A DNA stretch of 24,000 nt from Thermococcus kodakarensis KOD1 (lineage in GTDB: Archaea > Methanobacteriota_B > Thermococci > Thermococcales > Thermococcaceae), in the NCBI RefSeq assembly GCF_000009965.1, contig NC_006624.1, forward strand, positions 1,933,989 through 1,957,988, given 5' to 3'. Positions 7,885 through 13,903 of this stretch are shown piece after piece. The notes under the pieces were generated by a model. It worked only from the letters and a program-made list of their open reading frames with translations, did no database searches and was not told where the DNA came from. Within the stretch, counting starts at the first letter, position 1. Every line of letters starts with the position of its first letter. The position numbers and the translations under genes are program-made.

Positions 7885-7994
7885 CAGGAGTTTTCCTGCT
7901 CTTTGCACTCAGAAGTCTGCGTTCCGGCTATATGCTTGAGAAACCATTTTAATTTCTCTTTTCATTAATGGGGAGAAAGGAAATAAAACGGCGG

Positions 7995-9953
7995 TTAAAG
8001 CCTCCACTCGACCCCAAGCATCTCGCTGTACGTATCGAGCACCTTCTCAAGGTACTCCCTGGCCGTTCCGACCTTGTCGATCTTGAACTTCTCGGCCCAC
8101 TTTTCGTTGCCGAACTCTTCACTTCCCCTGGCAACGAGGTCGATGACGCGCATGCTGTCCCAGAACACTGGAGTATAGCCAGCCTCCCTCGCGAACTCTA
8201 TAAGGCGCTTTATCTGTTTCTTAGCATGCTCCTCCATGTCAACGTTCTCACCGTAGGCCTCCATGAAGAGAGCCTTAAGTACTGGCTTCATCCAGCCGCG
8301 GTGGAAGCGGCACCAGCCGACGTTGTCGTACCAGAACTCCCATAGGGCGCTGGCGATAATCTTCTGGGCAAGCTCCTCGGGCTCTAGGAAGACTCCGAAC
8401 TGGTAGAACGTCCAGTACCTCCCCTGAATCGGGAGCGGGATGTAGTTTCCGATGGCCCAGTACATCGTCGGCGTCATCTCGCCGTCCTCGCCGAGGGGGG
8501 TAAACACAGCGTAGTCCTTGAAGCTCTCGCCATACTTTAGCCTGTCCTTGAACTTCTCGTCGAGGATTACGCTTGCTTTTCTCTTCCCGAGGCCGAGTAT
8601 CTTGGCTATCTCGTTCTCGGCGAAGGCGACGCGGTGGGCCAGTTCAGCGACGAGCTTGGCGTTCTTCTCGCTGGCCTCGACGGGCCTCTCAAGGAGGGCC
8701 TCTTTCGTGAAGTCTGGGACATCGCTGAGGCCGACTTCCTCAGGCTTGAGTATTCCGCGGTGGACGAGCTCGAGAACCCACGCAGCTGTTCCGCCGAACT
8801 CTATGGCGTCGAAGCCCATCGCATCAACGGCCGGAACGCTTATGTCACTGGCGCGGAGGGTTATAACGCCGCTGAGCGGGCCGTTGGCCTCCCTCGGCTC
8901 GTACTCGATGTGGTGACCGTTGGCGTACTTCTTGCACACGACCGGGCACGGCTCACCGCAGTTCGTCCAGTTCTTGGTCTCTATCGCCTCCTTGTTGAAG
9001 GGCTCCCAGTAGTACTTCATTATTGCCTCGTGGATCTTGATCCTCTCTTCTTTCGGGATGTAGGGCATCTGCCAGTTGAGAATCGGGACGAAGTCGCCCT
9101 CCGCCGGGTAGTTCCCACCGAAAGTTCCTCCTGTCTTGAGCTTGGGGTTGTACTTGTACTTGACGGTCTTCTCAGCTATGACGTCGTTGTAGGGCTTCTT
9201 GTGGACGCCTTCAACGATCTCTTTGGCGGTTCTGAATGACGAGATATCCTCGCCCGGGAATTCCCTCTTCCTCGGCTTTCCACCGAAGATTATACCGACT
9301 ACGTTGTGGGCCCTGAGGAGGACGCTTCCAGAGCCACCCCTTGCCGCCCAGTCCTCGCTTCCCTCAACGCGCTTGCCCTTCCTTAGGGTCTGGGAGAAGA
9401 TGGCACCGTAGTTGGAGTTGAGGGCTGCAGGACCCACGACGGCGATGCGGTACTCGAAGTCGAACCTCTCGCCGAAGGTGTCTATGAGGTACTGGGTGAG
9501 CGCGTAGACGCCCTCCTCGCCCTTATAGTCCTTCCAGATCTCGATCAGCTTTTCGAGCTCTATCTCGTGGAGCTCGACGTTGATGTTCGAGCCGTCGTTG
9601 TAGAGGATGACAACAACCGGCTTCTCAGCCTTCCCTTCAAATGTGACGAAGTCAACGCCGACGTTCTTGAAGGCGTAGGCGGCACCGCCCATCGCCGACG
9701 GGAAGAGCGTCCCGTAGAGCGGCGAGCGGAAGAAGAACATAAGCCTGTGGGCACCGGGCAGTATTGAACCCGAGAACGGCCCCATCCCCATTACGACAAC
9801 GTTCTTCGGATCATACGGTTCAATTGAGTGAGTTCCAAGCCTCTCATGGAGTTCGAGGCCGTAGTCTATGATGCCGTAAACTCCCTCTTTTTCGAACTCC
9901 TCGCTCTCAACTTTCCTCTCGTCAAGCTTCAGGTGAAGCACCGTGAACTTCAT
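7995..9953 (-). CDS. gor: Tungsten-containing aldehyde:ferredoxin oxidoreductase family protein, most likely glyceraldehyde-3-phosphate:ferredoxin oxidoreductase (GAPOR)
   Basis: 652 aa. The N-terminus MKFTVLHLKLDERKVESEEFEKEGVYGIIDYG...GPFSGSILPGAHRLMFFFRSPLYG closely resembles the Pyrococcus furiosus GAPOR N-terminus as I recall it, and the length is about the same. It is adjacent to fbp and has a TGM-like operator over the predicted transcription start. Confidence 0.8.
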   Translation of the reverse strand: MKFTVLHLKLDERKVESEEFEKEGVYGIIDYGLELHERLGTHSIEPYDPKNVVVMGMGPFSGSILPGAHRLMFFFRSPLYGTLFPSAMGGAAYAFKNVGVDFVTFEGKAEKPVVVILYNDGSNINVELHEIELEKLIEIWKDYKGEEGVYALTQYLIDTFGERFDFEYRIAVVGPAALNSNYGAIFSQTLRKGKRVEGSEDWAARGGSGSVLLRAHNVVGIIFGGKPRKREFPGEDISSFRTAKEIVEGVHKKPYNDVIAEKTVKYKYNPKLKTGGTFGGNYPAEGDFVPILNWQMPYIPKEERIKIHEAIMKYYWEPFNKEAIETKNWTNCGEPCPVVCKKYANGHHIEYEPREANGPLSGVITLRASDISVPAVDAMGFDAIEFGGTAAWVLELVHRGILKPEEVGLSDVPDFTKEALLERPVEASEKNAKLVAELAHRVAFAENEIAKILGLGKRKASVILDEKFKDRLKYGESFKDYAVFTPLGEDGEMTPTMYWAIGNYIPLPIQGRYWTFYQFGVFLEPEELAQKIIASALWEFWYDNVGWCRFHRGWMKPVLKALFMEAYGENVDMEEHAKKQIKRLIEFAREAGYTPVFWDSMRVIDLVARGSEEFGNEKWAEKFKIDKVGTAREYLEKVLDTYSEMLGVEWRL

Positions 9954-9969
9954 GCTCCCACCACCTTTG

Positions 9970-9986
9970 TATCACTCCGAGTGTTG
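9970..9986 (-). promoter_or_regulatory. TGM-like operator (minus strand CAACAC-TCGGA-GTGATA) downstream of a TTAAATATT TATA box (10001-10010) in the gor promoter
   Basis: The TGM consensus is TATCAC-N5-GTGATA. One half-site is perfect and the other matches 3 of 6 positions. It lies 17-33 nt upstream of the gor ATG and about 15-35 nt downstream of the TATA box, so it overlaps the expected transcription start. Confidence 0.5.
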
Positions 9987-10105
9987 AAATCAACTTGAAG
10001 AATATTTAAGGTTTCCGCTCCAGCTTAGACTATAGGGTGTTGAAATATAAAAACCTTGGTGGATAAAACGGTACAGGGGTAAAATGAACAGAAAAGGGCT
10101 GGAAA

Positions 10106-11233
10106 TCACTCGATAGGCTCGAACCTGTCGGTGAGCCTCTTGAGAACTCCCGGAAGGGTAGTGTACTCCATCTCCTCTAGCGGGAGCCTGTGCGGTTCGA
10201 AGGGTCCGTGCCTGCGCATGTATTCGGTTATCTCAAGGGCCTTCTGGCGGGCATAGTCGAAGGCAGGGTCGTCAAAGAGGTCAACTGGGCCGACTAGCTT
10301 TCCTTCTGGGCTTATCTGCCAGCCGAGAGCGACAACCCTCGGCGGGCCGTCGAACCTGGTCGGGTTGGCCTGGTGCATCGGGACCGGCATTAGTGGGCCG
10401 TTGTGGGAACCCCTCATCCAGCCGCTGACGAGGTGCGGGAAGGCGAAGGGCTCGAGGACCTCACCGAGGGCGGGTAGACCGCTCTGGGCTCTGACGATGG
10501 CAACTGGGTCGTCCTTTCCGACGTACTCTCCGGCTACTTCGTATAGCTTCTCGGTGCTGACAACAGCGACCGGCTCGTTCTCAGGGATTGGGTGCCCAGG
10601 CTTCGGATAGACCCTCTTGATGACGTAGCGGCTCTTTGCACCTATGAGGGCCAGAAGGTCGTAGAGCTCTTCTGGAGTGTTAAGAATGACCCTCTTGTGC
10701 TCGAGGATGTCCCAGACCTCAAAGCGGAAGCCCATGTGCATCTTCGGGTCGATGATGAGGCCCGCGGTGTTGAACGGGTCTGCGAACATCCTGAATATCG
10801 GGAGGTTGAAGGCTCCGGGCTCTGTCTTGTCCATGTGGAATGTAACTACAGGCTCGCTCTTCCTGAGGGTTATTTCCATCTCGGCAACTCCTGGTCCCAT
10901 TCCGCGGACGTTGCCGCTGAAGGCATCCTTGAGGAGGTCCTGGCCAGCTCCGTAGAGACCGAGTTCCTTTGCGACCTTGGTGGCCTCTTCGAAGGCCTTC
11001 CATGCAAGGCCATGTATGTCTGGACTGTCAACGCCCCTCTTGTGGGTCATGATGAGCTGTAAATCATCGCCGCAGGTTGCAACGTAAAAGTCTATTATAG
11101 TGCCATCTTCGACTGCTTTTGAAAGAACATCCTCGGCTGTCTCAACGAGCTGCGGGTGAACCCTTGAGTGTCCAGGCCAGCCGCCTATATCCGCTTTGAT
11201 AACGCTGATGGTGATCTTATCTCCAACGGCCAT
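10106..11233 (-). CDS. fbp: Fructose-1,6-bisphosphate aldolase/phosphatase (class V FBPase)
   Basis: MAVGDKITISVIKADIGGWPGHSRVHPQL... is the characteristic N-terminus of the archaeal bifunctional FBP aldolase/phosphatase. The track ORF starts at GTG 11242, which sits inside the GGTGGT ribosome-binding site. The ATG at 11233 is the more likely start (375 aa). Confidence 0.92.
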   Translation of the reverse strand: MAVGDKITISVIKADIGGWPGHSRVHPQLVETAEDVLSKAVEDGTIIDFYVATCGDDLQLIMTHKRGVDSPDIHGLAWKAFEEATKVAKELGLYGAGQDLLKDAFSGNVRGMGPGVAEMEITLRKSEPVVTFHMDKTEPGAFNLPIFRMFADPFNTAGLIIDPKMHMGFRFEVWDILEHKRVILNTPEELYDLLALIGAKSRYVIKRVYPKPGHPIPENEPVAVVSTEKLYEVAGEYVGKDDPVAIVRAQSGLPALGEVLEPFAFPHLVSGWMRGSHNGPLMPVPMHQANPTRFDGPPRVVALGWQISPEGKLVGPVDLFDDPAFDYARQKALEITEYMRRHGPFEPHRLPLEEMEYTTLPGVLKRLTDRFEPIE

Positions 11234-11280
11234 GGCAACCACCGGTATTTTTAACCTCTTTTATGCTTATAAAACGTTAA

Positions 11281-11297
11281 TATCACTGTCGATGATA
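11281..11297 (-). promoter_or_regulatory. TGM operator (TATCAC-TGTCG-ATGATA, one mismatch) immediately upstream of the fbp BRE/TATA
   Basis: Read on the minus strand: TATCAT-CGACA-GTGATA, then ttaacg, then TTTTATAAGC (TATA, ~11266-11275), then GGTGGT ribosome-binding site, then ATG 11233. A TGM placed upstream of the TATA is the arrangement reported for gluconeogenic genes. Confidence 0.65.
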
Positions 11298-11369
11298 CTC
11301 AGAAAACTCTAAATTCGAAGGTGATAGAAGCGGAATGTTGTACATCAAAATGTCTATAAAAGGAGAAAT

Positions 11370-11606
11370 TCACTCGCAGAGGTCGCTCCAGCCGAACTTT
11401 TCCTTTGCGATCTTTATCAGCTGTTTGAGCTCATCCTTCTTGATGTTGACGCTTGAGCTGGCCCCGACTAGGGCAATTATGCCGTGAACTTCTTCCTGAA
11501 TCTGGATAACGTCGTCGTGAACTTTAACGACTCTCAGCTCCCTCTTTGCGGTTTCGTCCTCCCCAATCTTGAACTTGTCGTGGCCGATAACTACTGGCTC
11601 CTCCAT
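11370..11606 (-). CDS. Small hypothetical protein (78 aa)
   Basis: The likely start is the ATG at 11606, preceded by a GAGGTGG ribosome-binding site (minus strand: agtGAGGTGGtacccATG). Product: MEEPVVIGHDKFKIGEDETAKRELRVVKVHDDVIQIQEEVHG... The 118-aa track ORF (to 11726) would run antisense through the tRNA-Trp promoter and 5' exon, so the extension is probably spurious. Confidence 0.55.
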   Translation of the reverse strand: MEEPVVIGHDKFKIGEDETAKRELRVVKVHDDVIQIQEEVHGIIALVGASSSVNIKKDELKQLIKIAKEKFGWSDLCE

Positions 11607-11660
11607 GGGTACCACCTCACTATATTTTTGTAATCCAAAGTTAATAAAACTGTCGGGACA

Positions 11661-11671
11661 AAATTTATAAA
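11661..11671 (+). promoter_or_regulatory. TATA box (AAATTTATAAA) for tRNA-Trp
   Basis: Located about 28-38 nt upstream of the tRNA 5' end at 11699. Confidence 0.5.
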
Positions 11672-11698
11672 CCCCAAGCGGATAAGCTACTCCCGGAC

Positions 11699-11838
11699 GG
11701 GGGCGTGGTGTAGCCTGGTCCATCATCGCGGGCTCCAGAGGTATGAGGACTTGCGGGTTTACTGATTGGGGATGAGCCTTTGGAGCTCTGACCCGGAGAA
11801 ACCCGCGGACCGGGGTTCAAATCCCCGCGCCCCCACCA
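11699..11838 (+). tRNA. tRNA-Trp (anticodon CCA at 11735-11737) with an intron of ~62 nt and a genomically encoded 3' CCA
   Basis: The acceptor stem GGGGGCG (11699-11705) pairs with CGCCCCC (11828-11834), followed by discriminator A and CCA (11836-11838). T arm: CGGGG-TTCAAAT-CCCCG. Anticodon stem: GCGGG (11728-11732) pairs with CCCGC (11802-11806). The loop CUCCAG is interrupted after position 37. Confidence 0.9.
11739..11800 (+). ncRNA. tRNA-Trp intron carrying a box C/D guide RNA (C, D', C', D boxes). Intron boundaries are good to about 2 nt
   Basis: Box C is AUGAGGA (11743-11749), D' is CUGA (11762-11765), C' is GGAUGA (11770-11775) and D is CUGA (11788-11791). The guide upstream of D (11776-11787) pairs with 11731-11742, and the N+5 rule places the modification on C34 (11735). 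The guide upstream of D' (11753-11760) pairs with 11799-11806, and N+5 falls on position 39 (11802). Confidence 0.8.
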
Positions 11839-11849
11839 CATCAGCCCTT

Positions 11850-12660
11850 TCTTGCGAAAGCGCTGGCGGAAGAGTAGTATGCGTTTTTAATGAGCTGGCT
11901 TTTGAGCGGGTTTGCTTATCTAGTTGCTAGATTTACAGGATTTCCTCGCAGTATAGCGCTCAAAGAGCGCTAAAAAGAAAGTTCGAAATCACATTAACGG
12001 GAGATTTTAGAGTTAAACCCGCGCGAACTTGCTTTCTGAGCGAGCATACGCTCATCAACGGGCAAGTTCAGGAAGAAAGGGCACTTTTTGGTCAAGCTTT
12101 TTCTAAAAGCTTGCTGGCGAAAAGTTTCATCAAAGGTGGAATGTCCTTTTAAGCGTCCTGTTTTTAGTGATTCTTCTCATCAATTAGCAGTTTTCAAGGG
12201 GTTTGCTCACAGTATAACGCCCTTCGGGCGTTAAAAAGAAAGGAAAACCACACTTCTCTGCCCGTCTATCAAGAGAATCTAACCGCATCAGGCCAACATC
12301 AAGAAGACATTCAAACTTTTGGTGAAGCTTTTCCTAAAAGCTTCCATCGCGAAGTTTGATCAGGGTTTGTGGTTCCTTCTGAAATTGCCTTTCTACGAGG
12401 ATTTTCAAGATACACAAGTTAGCATTAGTGAATTCCCCTAAGTTTCAGCTTATCAAGAAGGAGTTTCTCTCTTTGACGCCCTACGGGCGTCGATTAAAAG
12501 TAAACTCACTCCGAAAGCTCTCACTAAAATTGAATTCACACTTAAACAAGAGCCCTTAATGAAAAATCCCTTTCAAAACCGTTTACAAACAAGAACCACA
12601 AACTTTGATGAAACTTTGCCTTGCAAAGTTTCTTTGGTCAAGCTTTTCCTAAAAGCTCCC
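11850..12660. repeat. ORF-free region built from three degenerate modules (~230-320 bp), each with two perfect short hairpins with 3-nt loops (H and P families), plus a 10-bp hairpin and a 15-nt inverted repeat
   Basis: H family: AGCGCTC-AAA-GAGCGCT (11955-11971), TAACGCCC-TTC-GGGCGTTA (12215-12233), GACGCCC-TAC-GGGCGTC (12475-12491). Each is followed by an A-rich TAAAAAG(A/T)AA-like tail. P family: CAAGCTTTT-TCT-AAAAGCTTG (12093-12113), GAAGCTTTT-CCT-AAAAGCTTC (12324-12344), AGCTTTT-CCT-AAAAGCT (12641-12657). Each is preceded by TTTGGT(C/G)A. The 10-bp hairpin is GAAACTTTGC-CTT-GCAAAGTTTC (12610-12632). Confidence 0.7.
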
Positions 12661-12704
12661 TGAAAAGTACTTAAGCCTTAACTCAAATTCTTCTTGGTGA
12701 TCGT

Positions 12705-13823
12705 ATGGATGAGTTTGAACTATTAAAACGTCTCGTCTCAATAAAGTCCCCCTTTGGAGAGGAGCACGAGATTTCGGAGTTCATAGCTTCACTCCTCGAA
12801 GAGAACGGCATACCTGTGGAGACAGTTCCCGTTGAAGGCTTTGGCGATGATGTGGTCGCTTACCTCAAAGGTAAAGGCCCGACAGTTGTTTTAAACGGGC
12901 ACATGGACACGGTGCACCTATCTCAGGGATGGACAAAGAACCCATGGGGCGAGCTTGATGGGGATAGGTTCTACGGACTCGGGAGTGCCGACATGAAAGG
13001 TGGGCTGGCAGCGCTCCTAAGTGCCTTCCTTGAGCTTTCGGAGCTTCCAAAAAATGAGAGGCCCAACGTCATCTTCACCGCTGTCAGTGATGAGGAGGGC
13101 TTTTCGAGGGGGAGTTGGGAGCTTATAAAGAGCGGCAGGCTCGACAAAGCCGACCTCGTTCTCGTTGGGGAACCAACGAACGAGAAACTCATGCTCGGTG
13201 CCAGGGGCAGGTTCGTGATTGAGGTAGGGGCAAAGGGAAAGAAGGCCCACGCGGCGAGACCTTACCTCGGTATCAATGCCATTGAAGAGCTTGCCAAGCT
13301 CGTCTCCAACCTCAACAGGATACGGATGAAGAAACACCCGAAGCTCGGAAAAGGCTCGTACTGCACCCTCTACTTCTCTGGCTCGGCCGATGGATTGAGC
13401 GTGCCAGACGAGGCAATTGCGATAATTGACAGGCACGTGGTCGTTGGTGAGGACTGGGAGAAGGTTAGAGGAGAACTCTACAGGCTCGCAGAAAGAGTTG
13501 GTGTAAGGGCCGAGCTTGAGATAGAAAAATACAGGCGCCCAACTCCTGAGATGCTCCCCTACGTTGTGAAGGAGAACAACAGGTTCGTCAGGCGGTTTAA
13601 GGAAGCGTACAGGGAAGTTGAAAGAAAAAGCGTCGAGATTACCTACGGGGCAAGCGTTGGGGACTTCAACTACTTCGGAACTTACCTGAGCAAACCGACG
13701 CTCGTCTTCGGCCCAATAGGCGGTAACTGGCACTCCGCCGACGAGTGGGTCAGTGTCTCTTCCGTCAGGAGGGTCAAGGGAATCTATCTGCGCTTCCTAA
13801 GGGCTTTGGCTGGCCTCAGATAA
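12705..13823 (+). CDS. M20 family metallo-deacylase/peptidase (ArgE/DapE/CPG2-like)
   Basis: 372 aa with M20 motifs LNGHMDTV, GSADMKGG and VGEPTNEK. A GGTGAT ribosome-binding site sits 3 nt upstream of the ATG. Confidence 0.8.
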   Translation: MDEFELLKRLVSIKSPFGEEHEISEFIASLLEENGIPVETVPVEGFGDDVVAYLKGKGPTVVLNGHMDTVHLSQGWTKNPWGELDGDRFYGLGSADMKGGLAALLSAFLELSELPKNERPNVIFTAVSDEEGFSRGSWELIKSGRLDKADLVLVGEPTNEKLMLGARGRFVIEVGAKGKKAHAARPYLGINAIEELAKLVSNLNRIRMKKHPKLGKGSYCTLYFSGSADGLSVPDEAIAIIDRHVVVGEDWEKVRGELYRLAERVGVRAELEIEKYRRPTPEMLPYVVKENNRFVRRFKEAYREVERKSVEITYGASVGDFNYFGTYLSKPTLVFGPIGGNWHSADEWVSVSSVRRVKGIYLRFLRALAGLR

Positions 13824-13903
13824 GCCGGTCTCCTCACCGGTCGGGGCAGGGAGTTCTCCTCATCGGCCAAAGCCTTTTAAGTTCTCCCCTTTTAAACTCG
13901 ACC

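Noticed and set aside
7968-9767. Several plus-strand ORFs (7968..8345, 8518..8916, 8634..9239, 9199..9411, 9567..9767) opposite gor
   Set aside because: All are antisense shadow ORFs within the 652-aa AOR-family gene. None has a ribosome-binding site or recognisable motifs. The same reasoning applies to the antisense or alternative-frame ORFs inside fbp, the M20 gene, the PP-loop gene, the S16 protease, tldD, pmbA and the GH13 gene.
10082-10114. 10-codon plus-strand ORF (MNRKGLEITR) downstream of a TATA-like AAATATAAAAA in the gor-fbp spacer
   Set aside because: It is too short, it has no ribosome-binding site, and it runs into the antisense of the fbp 3' end. The TATA-like element reads equally well on the minus strand as a distal gor promoter.
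11890-11973. 27-codon ORF (MSWLLSGFAYLVARFTGFPRSIALKER) inside the hairpin region
   Set aside because: There is no Shine-Dalgarno site, the reading frame runs through hairpin H1, and the equivalent positions in modules 2 and 3 are not open. It is probably fortuitous.
11850-12660. CRISPR array, replication origin or integrated-element attachment site next to tRNA-Trp
   Set aside because: It is not CRISPR: the repeats are degenerate, 17-21 bp long, irregularly spaced (109-317 bp), and of two interleaved kinds. It does not look like oriC: I see no ORB or mini-ORB-like repeats and no adjacent cdc6/orc1. It is not an obvious integration scar: the tRNA 3' half (GGGGTTCAAATCCCCGCGCCCCCA) is not duplicated anywhere else in the window and no integrase is present.
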